A stretch of DNA of 64,000 nucleotides from the NCBI GenBank assembly GCA_963719225.1, contig CAVRAY010000001.1, positions 3,680,001 through 3,744,000 on the forward strand, given 5' to 3'. The notes beneath the pieces were generated by a model. That model saw nothing but the letters and a program-made list of their open reading frames with translations, searched no databases and had not been told where the DNA came from. This document shows, one piece after another, positions 47,443 through 57,042 of the stretch (the stretch's first letter is position 1; each line of letters starts with the position of its first letter). The DNA is from Thermoanaerobaculia bacterium (GTDB lineage: Bacteria > Acidobacteriota > Thermoanaerobaculia > UBA5066). Position numbers and translations under genes: made by a program.

Positions 47443-48870
47443 TCAGACCGTTTTCGTCCTCTTCTCCGACAGCTCGAGGAGAATGCCGCCCGTCGCGGAC
47501 GGATGGACGAACGCCACGAGACAATCGTGCGCGCCGTCGAAGGGCTCCTCGTTCACGAGCCTCACGCCCGCGGTCTTGAGCCGCGCGAGGACCGAGCGCA
47601 CGTCCGTCACCTCGAGGCACAGATGGTGGATTCCCGGTCCGCGCGTCGCGAGCGCCCTCGCGACCGGCCCTTCGGGCGACGTCGACTCGAGGAGCTCGAG
47701 GTGCGACTCCCCGACCGCGCGGAACGACGTCACGACCTCTTGAGACGCGACCTCCTCCCGATGCTCCTCGACGAGGCCGAGGAGGTCCCAGAACGCTCCG
47801 CCTTTCTCGAGCGACGGAACGGAGATGCCGAGGTGGGAGATGCGGGAGACGAGAGAAGGGACCGGGGATGAAGATTTCTGAGAAGGTGAAGAGGGGTGAG
47901 GAGGGGCGTCGGCGGCGCCGCTTTCGAGGCGGTCGAGTAGGCTGCGCGCGGCGCTCAACGGATCTTCCGCCCGCGCCTCCACGCGCTCCGCAGCAGCCTC
48001 GAGCGCTCCACGGTCTCCCCTGAGCCTCTCTACCCTTCTAAGAAAATCTTCTTTGATCAACCCCTCGATTCGCATCTTCGTCCGCTCGACGCGCCGCGCG
48101 GCGCCCTGCGGCCCGTCGAGGAAGGCGCGGTGCTCCGCGAGCTTCGCGGCCAGCTCGTCGAGTCCCGCGCCGGTCGTGGCGACCGTCTTCACGACCGGCG
48201 GCACCCAGGCCCCGTGCTCGCCGAGCTCGAGCATCTGCAGGATCTCCTGGACGACGCGGTCCGCTCCGTCGCGGTCGGCCTTGTTCACGACGAAGAGGTC
48301 CGCGACCTCCATGAGGCCCGCCTTGATCGCCTGGATGTCGTCCCCCATGCCGGGTGTCAGGACGACGACGCAGGTCTGGGCGAGCCGGAAGACCTCGACC
48401 TCGTCCTGACCGACGCCCACCGTCTCGACGAGGATCTCGTCGTAGCCCGCGGCGTCGAGAACGTCCACGGCATCGGCCGACGCGCGCGCGAGGCCGCCGA
48501 GATGGCCGCGCGTCGCCATCGACCGGATGAGGACGCCGGGATCCGTGTAGAGGCCCTGCATCCGGATGCGGTCGCCCAGGATCGCCCCGCCCGAGAACGG
48601 CGACGACGGGTCCACCGCGACGATGCCGACCTTTCGTCCGAGGGCGCGGGCCTTGCGCGCGAGCGCAGCCGTCAGCGTGGACTTGCCGGCCCCAGGAGAG
48701 CCGGTCAGCCCCGTCACGCGTGCGCCGCCCGTTTTCGGAAAGACGAGAGCGAGGAGCTCGCGAAAACGGGGATCTCCGGCTTCGGCCCACGTGATCGCGC
48801 GCGCGACCGCGGGCACGCGCCCCTCGAGGACGCCTTCGGCGAGATCCTGTACAGCCCGCGGGACCGGCAT
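47443..48870 (-). CDS. meaB: MeaB (ArgK) GTPase fused to methylmalonyl-CoA epimerase
   Basis: GLTGSPGAGKST, VDPSSPFSGGAILGDRIRM, RSMATRGHLGGL, ETVGVGQDE, NKAD; then ISHLGISV, LELLE, GPGIHHLCLEV, GAH..AFVHPSATGGILLEL. Confidence 0.92.
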   Translation of the reverse strand: MPVPRAVQDLAEGVLEGRVPAVARAITWAEAGDPRFRELLALVFPKTGGARVTGLTGSPGAGKSTLTAALARKARALGRKVGIVAVDPSSPFSGGAILGDRIRMQGLYTDPGVLIRSMATRGHLGGLARASADAVDVLDAAGYDEILVETVGVGQDEVEVFRLAQTCVVVLTPGMGDDIQAIKAGLMEVADLFVVNKADRDGADRVVQEILQMLELGEHGAWVPPVVKTVATTGAGLDELAAKLAEHRAFLDGPQGAARRVERTKMRIEGLIKEDFLRRVERLRGDRGALEAAAERVEARAEDPLSAARSLLDRLESGAADAPPHPSSPSQKSSSPVPSLVSRISHLGISVPSLEKGGAFWDLLGLVEEHREEVASQEVVTSFRAVGESHLELLESTSPEGPVARALATRGPGIHHLCLEVTDVRSVLARLKTAGVRLVNEEPFDGAHDCLVAFVHPSATGGILLELSEKRTKTV

Positions 48871-48912
48871 CTTCGAAGTGTAGTCGACCGCGAGGCCTAG
48901 AATGACCGCCCC

Positions 48913-51003
48913 ATGGAGTCGGGAACGGCCGCCCTCGTCCCGGTGCTTTCGGAGATCGCCCGCGTCGCGTCGGAGACGCTCGAGCTCGACGTCGTCTTCC
49001 AGCGCATCTCGGCGGCGGCGGCGCGGGTTCTCGCCTTCGACGCGATGACCCTGACCTATAACGAGGGAGGAACGGGATTCTCCCTCTACACGATCGCAGG
49101 CCCGACGCTGAACGACGAGGAGCGTCGCGCATACGCGCGCTTCGTCCCGCGAAAGGATTATTCGCCTGCGCTCTGGGCCTTGTTGACGCGCGCGGGACGC
49201 ACGGACGACCTCCATTCCTTCTTCGACACGTCCTTCCCTCGAGACCAGGACCTCAAGGACGCGAAGATCCGGTCGATGCTTCGCGTGCCGCTCACCGGCA
49301 CGTCGCGCGACGGCTACCTGTCGCTTCTGAGCCTCAAGCCGGGGGCCTATACCGAGGTAGACGAGGTCCTCGTACGGCCGATCGCGGACGTCATCGCGAT
49401 GGCGTTCGAGCACGAGCGCCTCGCCTCGGACGAAAAGGACCGGCGCCGGAAGTACGAAGCGCTGCAGGCTCTCGCGCCGGCGCTCGCAAAGGCGCTCGAC
49501 GTGCGCGACGTCTTCGACCGGATCTCGGAGATCGTCCGGCCCGTCGTCCCGCACGACCGCATGGCGCTCGGCCTTCTCACCGAGGATCGCGCGGCCGTGC
49601 GCGTTTACGCGATCTCGGGCACCGGCTTCCCGGAGATCAGGGAGCCGATCCGGCTGACGCCTGCCGACCGGGCGCGCGAAGACTGGTCGACCGAGATCGT
49701 CCGTGACGTGCTCGCCGAGCTGGACCCCGCATCCGACAAATGTCGGCACCTCACTGCGGATGGGGCGCGCTCCATTCTGCGCGTGCCCATCTTCTTCGAA
49801 GGCCATTGGCAGTTCGCCGGTGGCCTGCTCTTCATCTCGCGCACGCCGAACACGTACGGCGAGGACGACATCCCCTTCGCCCGGCACGTCGCCGACCAGG
49901 TCGCCCTCGCGCTCTCCCACCAGCGCCTCGCGGAGGAGGCACGCCGAGCGGCCGACGCTCGCGCGGAAGCGGACACGCTCGAGAAGAGGGTGGCCGTCCT
50001 TTCCGTGGAGCTCGCATCGCGCGGCGGATTCGACCGGATCGTGGGAACGTCGAAGGGCTGGCACGACGTCCTCGTCCAGGCCGGCAAGGTCGCGCCCCTC
50101 GAGACGACCGTCCTCCTGACCGGCGAATCCGGCACCGGCAAGGAAGTCGTCGCCCGCGCGATCCACCGGAGCTCGGCGCGCGCGGCCGGCCCGTTCATCG
50201 CACTCAACGGGGCCGCGTTGCCGGATCAGCTCCTCGAGTCGGAGCTCTTCGGCTACGAGAAGGGCGCATTCACGGGCGCGACGGGCGGAAAGCCCGGCCG
50301 TCTCGAGCAGGCCGCCGGCGGCACGCTCTTCCTCGACGAGGCGGGCGAAATGAGCCCGGCCGTGCAGGCGAAGCTCCTGCGCGTTCTCGAGGAGCGCGAG
50401 TTCCAGCGGCTCGGAGGGACGAAGGTCCTCAAGACCGACGCGCGCGTCATCGCCGCCACGAACCGGGATCTCGCCCGCGCGATCGAGAAGGGCGAGTTCC
50501 GGGAGGACCTCTTCTACAGGCTCTCCGTCTTCGGGATTCACCTTCCACCCCTGCGCGAACGGCCGGAGGACATTTTGCCGCTCACCGAGATGTTCCTCGC
50601 CGAGCTCGGCCCGGCGGTCGGCCGGCCCGTGCCTGGCGTCTCGCGCGAGGCGAAAGAGCTCCTGCTCGCTTACCCGTGGCCCGGCAACGTCCGGGAGCTC
50701 CGGAACGCGCTCGAGCGCGCGGCGATCCTCGTGGAGGGCGGCCTGATCACGGCAGCGCATCTCCCGATCTCCGTGACGCGCCAGGATTCCCTCCCCCGCG
50801 CCGCGGCGCCGGGCGCGGCCGCAGCTTTTCTTCCACCGGAGGGCCTCGACCTCGAATCGCTCGAGCGCGACTTCGTGAAAGAGGCTCTGAAGAAAGCGCG
50901 TTTCAACAAGAGCAAGGCCGCGAAGCTCCTCGGCCTGACGCGCGCGCAGCTCTACTCGCGCATCGAGAAGTACGGGCTCGAGGGAGGTCCGGGGGGAGAC
51001 TAG
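48913..51003 (+). CDS. GAF-GAF sigma54-dependent activator (FhlA/NifA-like)
   Basis: Two GAF domains, [22 protein letters not shown], Fis HTH. Confidence 0.93.
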   Translation: MESGTAALVPVLSEIARVASETLELDVVFQRISAAAARVLAFDAMTLTYNEGGTGFSLYTIAGPTLNDEERRAYARFVPRKDYSPALWALLTRAGRTDDLHSFFDTSFPRDQDLKDAKIRSMLRVPLTGTSRDGYLSLLSLKPGAYTEVDEVLVRPIADVIAMAFEHERLASDEKDRRRKYEALQALAPALAKALDVRDVFDRISEIVRPVVPHDRMALGLLTEDRAAVRVYAISGTGFPEIREPIRLTPADRAREDWSTEIVRDVLAELDPASDKCRHLTADGARSILRVPIFFEGHWQFAGGLLFISRTPNTYGEDDIPFARHVADQVALALSHQRLAEEARRAADARAEADTLEKRVAVLSVELASRGGFDRIVGTSKGWHDVLVQAGKVAPLETTVLLTGESGTGKEVVARAIHRSSARAAGPFIALNGAALPDQLLESELFGYEKGAFTGATGGKPGRLEQAAGGTLFLDEAGEMSPAVQAKLLRVLEEREFQRLGGTKVLKTDARVIAATNRDLARAIEKGEFREDLFYRLSVFGIHLPPLRERPEDILPLTEMFLAELGPAVGRPVPGVSREAKELLLAYPWPGNVRELRNALERAAILVEGGLITAAHLPISVTRQDSLPRAAAPGAAAAFLPPEGLDLESLERDFVKEALKKARFNKSKAAKLLGLTRAQLYSRIEKYGLEGGPGGD

Positions 51004-51026
51004 GAAATCTCCCCCGCGGCGGCACG

Positions 51027-51968
51027 CTACTTGTTCAGGCGGTAGGCCGTGAACTGCTCGCTCATACGCGAGGACTGATCCACCGTGAAGTTGTCCATGC
51101 AGGCGTCATCGGTGTAGTCCATGAAGTTCGTGATCGGGTCCTCGCCCGGAGCCTTCCGGTTCGTGCAGGAATCGCGGCCAACCGGACAGCCGAAGGCGGG
51201 CGATCTCTCGGCGTTGGTGTCGTCCACGTAGTCGCCCTTGCCGTTACACCCGCCCTGGAACGTGTGGTACAGGCCCATCCAGTGGCCCACCTCGTGCGTC
51301 GCAGTGTCGCCCTGGTCGTACGGAGACGCCGAACCGCCCGGGAGCGACGAGAAGAGAATGACGACTCCGTCGTTCGACGGAGCATGCCGGTAATCGGACG
51401 GGAACGTCGCCCAGCCCAGGAGGTTGTCTCCGATGTTCGCGGTGTAGATGTTGAGATCGTCCGCCGTGCCCTGCCGCAGCGCTCTCTTCGCCTGCCGTTC
51501 GGCCGTCGAGCCGGGAGTCATGGTGTACCAGGTCGCGTTCGTCGTCCGGTCCGTGGAGACGAGGGTGAACGAGACGCCCGACGGAAGGTAGGCGGCGTTC
51601 AGGACGTTGATCTGTTCGGCGATCTGAGAGTCCGGGACGTCCCCATTCTGGGTTCCGCTCCCACCCCTGATGACGTGAACGTACACCGGGATCTGGATGC
51701 CGGTGGCGAGGGATCGCCGTCCTCCTCGCTCGGCGAGTAGCTGCCGGGCCTCGACTTCGATGAACTCCTGCTCTTCGACGTCCACGTTGCGGGTGCCGCA
51801 GCGCCGTCCGCTCTCGATGAAGGCCCGTTGATCCACCCAGCTCGTGCCCTGGAAGACGAAGGGCTGACCCTCGCTCGGGCCTGGCCCCTGCGTGTCCCGC
51901 GGCATTTCGGCAAAGGCGGGAAGCGCGAGGAAGCAAAAAACCGTGAGAAGCCTCACCACCGACTTCAT
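51027..51968 (-). CDS. Secreted M43 zinc metalloprotease (ulilysin/pappalysin-like)
   Basis: Signal peptide, RRCG cysteine switch, [16 protein letters not shown] Met-turn. Confidence 0.93.
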   Translation of the reverse strand: MKSVVRLLTVFCFLALPAFAEMPRDTQGPGPSEGQPFVFQGTSWVDQRAFIESGRRCGTRNVDVEEQEFIEVEARQLLAERGGRRSLATGIQIPVYVHVIRGGSGTQNGDVPDSQIAEQINVLNAAYLPSGVSFTLVSTDRTTNATWYTMTPGSTAERQAKRALRQGTADDLNIYTANIGDNLLGWATFPSDYRHAPSNDGVVILFSSLPGGSASPYDQGDTATHEVGHWMGLYHTFQGGCNGKGDYVDDTNAERSPAFGCPVGRDSCTNRKAPGEDPITNFMDYTDDACMDNFTVDQSSRMSEQFTAYRLNK

Positions 51969-52068
51969 AGGACCTCCTGAGATTCGGACTCAAGATAGGT
52001 TCGCATTCCCGCTTTCGCCAGGAGAATTCTTACGCTTCACGGTCGAGGGGGTCGCGGCGTGAGCGAGG

Positions 52069-52485
52069 CTACGTCCGCGCTTCTTTCGCCGCCGCTTTCA
52101 TGACCGCGCTGATGCGATCGAACGCGGCGCGCCAGGCCTCCGCCGTCTCGGGCGTGAAGTCGGGGCCGAGGCGCTGCGCGAACATGCACAGGAGAGCCTC
52201 GCGGAACGTGTCGAAATGGACGTCCTTCGCCCCGTAGAGCACGTGGCGGCGTCCGAGCTCTCTGAGCGACTCGTCCACGGCGCCGTCGTCATCGAGACCC
52301 TTCAGCGCGAGGCCGAGAGCCACCACGAACATCGCCCCCTGGTTCTCGACGTCCGAGGAGAAGAGACTCCTCAGAGAGGGATCGAGCGCGAACAGAGTCT
52401 CGTAGAAATCCTTGCCGGCCCCACGGGGGATCGGTCGCAGACGGTCGAAGCTCCTCCTGACGAGAGCGATCTGCTCACGGGTCAT
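52069..52485 (-). CDS. Single-domain globin (flavohemoglobin-type globin fold)
   Basis: MTREQIALVRRSF, FYETLF..P..RSLF, Q(E7), LGRRHVLYG, FTPETAEAW. Confidence 0.88.
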   Translation of the reverse strand: MTREQIALVRRSFDRLRPIPRGAGKDFYETLFALDPSLRSLFSSDVENQGAMFVVALGLALKGLDDDGAVDESLRELGRRHVLYGAKDVHFDTFREALLCMFAQRLGPDFTPETAEAWRAAFDRISAVMKAAAKEART

Positions 52486-52601
52486 CTCGCACCTCGCGAA
52501 GCTTCGCATGCACGACGCTCCGCACCCCGGAAGATACATCCCGCGGGCACGTCGCGACCCGATCCATTAGCACTATATTGATCGTCAGCGGAGGAGCGGG
52601 C

Positions 52602-53393
52602 ATGACTCACGAAGAATTTCTGAACAGCCTCCTGGCCGCCAACGCGGGCCAGACGTCGCCGTCCCTTTCCAGCCTGACCGAGGACGAGGCCGTGTGCCGC
52701 TGGCTGGCCTTTCTCGTGATGTGCTACGTCCGAATGACGTACGCGGAGGCCGCCCGGGCGGGACTCGCGCCGTACGTCAGGAGGACATGGTCCAGATGGG
52801 GAAGCGCCCGGGGCGAAGAGGTCGAGCTGGCGATGCCCAACCCGGGCGGGGAGCTGACGTTCCGCGTCCACGTTTCACCGGTGAACGGCTACTTCTTCCG
52901 CCTCGAAGACGCGGCACGCCACAACTGGTTCGACGTGCGCGGCATCGCCAGCCGGGAGGGCGCCCGCATTTCCATCCAGGTGTCGCATTGGGACACGTGG
53001 GTCATGGTGGATGCCCCGAGGGCGCCCGTTCGCCCGACGACGCTGACCTTCCAGCCGGCCGCCTGCTGCCGGCGGTCGCTCGCGAGGATCCGCGAGATCA
53101 CGAGCAGCCTCGCGGCGGCGCGGGCTCTCCTGGGCGTGGGACAGTTCGAAGGGCTGTTCACGGCCGTCACGGCACGCCCGTCGAGCGCCGCCGACGTCGT
53201 GGATTCCGTGAGCGGCGCCTATGACCTGTCCGACTCGGACTGGGAAACCTGGGCACAGGCCATGGCGTCGTTTCCAGCCGTCCAGCAGGAGCAAGTCCAG
53301 AACGTGGCGTTCGAGGAGATCGACACCCACACGAGCGAGCCGGCCCGGTTGCGCTTCTGGACGATCGTCTACGACAGCGGGAGAGTCCAGTAG
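52602..53393 (+). CDS. Hypothetical protein
   Basis: GGAGG SD, 263 codons, no recognisable motif. Confidence 0.65.
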   Translation: MTHEEFLNSLLAANAGQTSPSLSSLTEDEAVCRWLAFLVMCYVRMTYAEAARAGLAPYVRRTWSRWGSARGEEVELAMPNPGGELTFRVHVSPVNGYFFRLEDAARHNWFDVRGIASREGARISIQVSHWDTWVMVDAPRAPVRPTTLTFQPAACCRRSLARIREITSSLAAARALLGVGQFEGLFTAVTARPSSAADVVDSVSGAYDLSDSDWETWAQAMASFPAVQQEQVQNVAFEEIDTHTSEPARLRFWTIVYDSGRVQ

Positions 53394-53484
53394 ATCCTCG
53401 ATCTCCGTCCTGAGCGCCTTTCTCCGATCCGGAGAGCTTCGAGAGCGGATCTTTCCTCCAGGCCCGCAGGGCGGGCCTGGAATG

Positions 53485-53503
53485 TACTTTGCGACGCAAA
53501 GTA
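53485..53503. promoter_or_regulatory. Palindromic operator upstream of creD
   Basis: TACTTTGC-GAC-GCAAAGTA perfect 8-bp inverted repeat ending 3 nt before ATG. Confidence 0.65.
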
Positions 53504-53506
53504 GAC

Positions 53507-54907
53507 ATGCGATATCCGCTCCTCGCCCGCTCTTTCGTCGTCCTCTCCCTCGTCGTCCTCCTCCTCGTGCCGCTCCAGATGATCCGCGGCGTCATCGACG
53601 AGCGCGCCGCCCGCCGCGCGGCGGCGATCGCGGAGGTGGCTTCGACGTGGGGCGCCGCCCAGACGCTCGTCGGACCCGTCATCGTCGTGCCGTTCCAGGT
53701 CGAGAGGAAAGAAACCTGGGTCGATCCGGCGGTATCGCCGGGAGCACCTCATGGCGGCGTCGTCCGTGAGCGCTCGCGCGTGGACGTCGAGCAGGCGATT
53801 TTCCTTCCGGACACCCTGAAGATCGAAGGACGCCTCGTTCCCGAGCGTCGCTGGCGCGGCATCTTCGAAGTCGTCGTGTACCGCACCGAGCTCGCCGTGA
53901 GCGGGACGATGCCGGCCCCGGACCTCGGTCCGCTCGGGATCCCGGCCGAGGACATCCACTGGAAGGACGCCTTTCTGTCCGTGGGGCTCTCGGATACGCG
54001 GGGTATCCGCGAAGAGGTCCGGCTCCTCTGGGACGGGGACCCGACGCCCTTTCGCCCCGGCCCCGGCGCCGCGTGCCTCGCGCCCTCCGGCATCCACGCG
54101 CCGCTTCCTTCTCTCGAGGGATCCTCGGCCCTTCCGCACGAGTTCGCGTTCACGGTGAGCCTTCAGGGCACGGAAGCGCTCGCCATGACGCCGCTCGGGG
54201 CCTCGACGGACGCCGTGCTGAGGTCTCCGTGGCCGTCCCCGAGCTTCTTCGGCGCGTTTCTTCCCGACCGGCGGGCGGTGACCGCCGAAGGCTTCGACGC
54301 GGCGTGGAAAGTGTCGTCGTTCGGACGGAGCTACCCGCAGCGCTGGCGGAGTGACCGCGGCTTTCCAGGCGATGCCGTCGCGAAATCCGCGTTCGGCGTG
54401 CGTCTCTTCCTTCCCGCCGACGCGTATCAGCAGGCGACGAGGTCTCTGAAGTACGCGATCCTCTTCGTGGGGCTCACGTTTCTCGCCTTTGCGCTTTTCG
54501 AGACGTTCGGGGGGCTGCGCCTCCACCCTCTCCAGTACCTCTTCGTCGGCTTCGCGCTCGTCCTCTTCTATCTGCTCCTCGTCTCCCTCTCCGAGCACGT
54601 CGGATTCGGCGTGGCCTATCTCGCCGCGGCGTCGGCAACGACCGCACTCGTGAGCGCCTATTGCGCGTGGGTGCTCGTCGTGAAGGCGCGTGCGCTCGTC
54701 ATGGCGGGAGCGCTCGCGGCGCTCTACGGCTACCTTTTCGTCCTCCTTCGACTCGAAGACTGTGCGCTCCTTCTCGGATCGATCGCGCTCTTCATCCTTC
54801 TCGCCGCGCTCATGCTCGCGACACGGCGCGTGGACTGGTGGTCCGTAGGCGGCCCGGCGCGGCCGCCCCGGAGCTTCACGCCTCCCCAGCGGGCGACCGC
54901 TCCATGA
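53507..54907 (+). CDS. creD: Inner membrane protein CreD
   Basis: LLLVPL.MI..VIDER, WGAAQTLVGP, SPWPSPSFFGAFLP, YQQATRSLKYAILF, LHPLQYLFVG, TRRVDW. Confidence 0.92.
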   Translation: MRYPLLARSFVVLSLVVLLLVPLQMIRGVIDERAARRAAAIAEVASTWGAAQTLVGPVIVVPFQVERKETWVDPAVSPGAPHGGVVRERSRVDVEQAIFLPDTLKIEGRLVPERRWRGIFEVVVYRTELAVSGTMPAPDLGPLGIPAEDIHWKDAFLSVGLSDTRGIREEVRLLWDGDPTPFRPGPGAACLAPSGIHAPLPSLEGSSALPHEFAFTVSLQGTEALAMTPLGASTDAVLRSPWPSPSFFGAFLPDRRAVTAEGFDAAWKVSSFGRSYPQRWRSDRGFPGDAVAKSAFGVRLFLPADAYQQATRSLKYAILFVGLTFLAFALFETFGGLRLHPLQYLFVGFALVLFYLLLVSLSEHVGFGVAYLAAASATTALVSAYCAWVLVVKARALVMAGALAALYGYLFVLLRLEDCALLLGSIALFILLAALMLATRRVDWWSVGGPARPPRSFTPPQRATAP

Positions 54908-54978
54908 GAAGGCATGACGACGCGCTCGCAGCCGCGGCGCGCGCCTCGTGGGCGACTGTCGCGTTCTATGCTCTGCCC

Positions 54979-55662
54979 GTGTCCGGGCCCGCGCTTCCCC
55001 ACTTCGACGCCGTTCCGCTCTTCCGGTGCCTCAACGAGGAGGAGCGAAAGCTCCTCGGCCCCGTTTGCCGGGCCGTCGCATACGAAAAGGGAGAAGAGGT
55101 CTTTCGCGAAGGGGACGAGGCGGCGGACCTGTGCTTCGTGGCGATCGGCCGCGTGAAGGTCGTCAAGGCGGGTCCGGACCGCGACGTGATCCTCGGCCTC
55201 TTCGGCGCGGGCGAGCCCATCGGAGCCGTCGCGCTCTTCGAAGGCAAGCGCTTCCCGGCGTCGGCCGTCGCGCTCGAGCCTTCCACGATCCTGCGCGTGC
55301 CCGAGCGGGATTTCTTCGCGACCATCGACGCGCACCCCGAGATGACGCGGCGCCTCCTGCAGGGCCTCATGCTCCGGCAGTTCGAGATCTCGCGCCGCCT
55401 CGCGGACCTGACCGGCCCGGTCGAGAAGCGGATCGCGCGGCTCTTCCTCATGCTCGCGCGGCGTGTCGGGAGGCGCGAGGGCGCCAGCGCGACCATCCCC
55501 CTCGCGCTTTCCCGCCAGGAGATCGCGGACCTGACCGCGACGACCGTCGAGACCGCGATCCGCGTCATGAGCCGCTGGGGAAAGGAGAACGTCGTGATCA
55601 CCCAGCCGGATGGGTTCACGGTTCCAGATCTCGGCGCGCTCGACGCGCTGACCGAGGACTAG
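54979..55662 (+). CDS. Crp/Fnr-family regulator (DNR/NnrR-like, no FNR Cys cluster)
   Basis: VPLF..L, FREGD, GRVKVVK, FPASAVALE, VEKRIARL, LSRQEIADLTATTVETAIRVMS; GTG after TATGCT-N6. Confidence 0.9.
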   Translation: MSGPALPHFDAVPLFRCLNEEERKLLGPVCRAVAYEKGEEVFREGDEAADLCFVAIGRVKVVKAGPDRDVILGLFGAGEPIGAVALFEGKRFPASAVALEPSTILRVPERDFFATIDAHPEMTRRLLQGLMLRQFEISRRLADLTGPVEKRIARLFLMLARRVGRREGASATIPLALSRQEIADLTATTVETAIRVMSRWGKENVVITQPDGFTVPDLGALDALTED

Positions 55663-56960
55663 GCGGTCGCCACCCGTACCGGACCGCTCTTCGGGCGGAG
55701 CTTCCACGCGACATACGGCTTCGCGAGCGTGCGCAGCGCCGCGAGCTTCGTCTCGTAGAGACGCGAGGAGAACGTCGGCGGCACGAGGTCGGCCGCTTCT
55801 TCGGGCTGGACGACGAGCGACACCTGGATTCCCGGGAGGATTCCCACGGGGAGTCCGGCGCGCTGGACCGCTTTCCAGAGATACGCGAAGACCTCGCGCA
55901 TCTCCTGCGGCTTCGGCGGAGGCTCGTTCTCGAGCGCGCTCCCGACCGTGGGACGGAAGATGCAGACGGTGGGAAAGGCTCCCGCATTCACGATGCGGTC
56001 GATGCCCCGCAGCGTGGCCTCGAGAGGCTCGAGCCCCGCGATGATCTCACCCGAGACTTTTCCCGGCCCGAGCTTCTTCGCCGTGTACTCCATCGCCTCG
56101 AAGAACGCGTTCTGGCCGAGCGTCATCTCCTTCCCGGGGCAGAGCTTCGCGAACGTCGCGGGGTCCTCGAATTCGTAGCAGAACGAGAAGTGATCCGTTC
56201 CGGCGGCGATCAGGTCGTCGTACTCGTTGAACTTGCGGCGCGGCACGGGAACGGCCTGGACGCCGATGAAGCCGCCCACCTCGGCGCGGAGCCGCTTCAC
56301 GAAGGGCTCGCACTGCCTGAGGCCGTGAACCAGCTCGAGGTCGTCGCGATCCTCGAAGTGATACCCCGTGTTCAGGTGCGTGAAGATGGAGCCGGATTCG
56401 TCGCGCGCGGCCTTCGCGACCTCGATCACGTCGTCCACCTTCTTCTTCGATTCCTCGGCCGTGCCCACGTTGCGGCCGGTCGTGCAGAAGGCGCACGCCG
56501 GCGACGACGGCAGGTTCCAGTACAGGCAGGCGTTCGAGACGTAGATTCCGAGGTACGTGCCCTGCAGGACGCCGACGCGGCTCATCTCGACGCCGCTCGA
56601 CGTCTTCCGCGAATACCAGACGGGCTCCTCGGGGATCTCGACGGGATAGTGGTCGCCCTGACGCGCGTCGCACAGGATGTAGCCGCGCGTCGTCTTCATC
56701 AGCAGGAAGGGAGACCTCGCCGCGAAGGGCTCGACGACGGGCACGTTCACCCAGATCTTCTTGCGCGGCGACGGAAGGATCAGCTCCAGGCCCGAGCCGA
56801 GGCCAGCACGCGTTCGCGAGATGCGCCGGCCGTCGGCATTCACGTCGAAGGACGGGTCGACACGCAGGCCCCAGCAGAAGAGCTCGATTTCGAGCTCCAC
56901 GGGTTTGAACAAAGTCGTCCTCCCACCGGGAGCATGTGGTGCCGGGGCCGGAGCGGCCAT
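55659..56960 (-). CDS. Radical SAM protein with CX10CX2C motif
   Basis: CLYWNLPSSPACAFC, LNTG, FAKLCPGK, IIAGLEP, VCIFRPTVGS. Confidence 0.8.
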   Translation of the reverse strand: MAAPAPAPHAPGGRTTLFKPVELEIELFCWGLRVDPSFDVNADGRRISRTRAGLGSGLELILPSPRKKIWVNVPVVEPFAARSPFLLMKTTRGYILCDARQGDHYPVEIPEEPVWYSRKTSSGVEMSRVGVLQGTYLGIYVSNACLYWNLPSSPACAFCTTGRNVGTAEESKKKVDDVIEVAKAARDESGSIFTHLNTGYHFEDRDDLELVHGLRQCEPFVKRLRAEVGGFIGVQAVPVPRRKFNEYDDLIAAGTDHFSFCYEFEDPATFAKLCPGKEMTLGQNAFFEAMEYTAKKLGPGKVSGEIIAGLEPLEATLRGIDRIVNAGAFPTVCIFRPTVGSALENEPPPKPQEMREVFAYLWKAVQRAGLPVGILPGIQVSLVVQPEEAADLVPPTFSSRLYETKLAALRTLAKPYVAWKLRPKSGPVRVATA

Positions 56961-56984
56961 GATGCAGGGACTTCAGGGAGCGGG

Positions 56985-57026
56985 ATGACGCCCGTCATAC
57001 CGGTCGGGCGCCGTCAGGGCTAATTT
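56985..57026 (+). promoter_or_regulatory. FNR/DNR-like box and -10 element of nnrS
   Basis: ATGAC-N4-GTCAT palindrome centred at 56991.5; TAATTT at 57021-57026. Confidence 0.7.
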
Positions 57027-57042
57027 GGCCGCGGAGAGAGAC

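Noticed and set aside
47443-50760. 1105-aa ORF suggesting a giant fusion
   Set aside because: The part upstream of 48870 is the antisense shadow of the sigma54 activator; the real start follows TACACT-N6 at 48870
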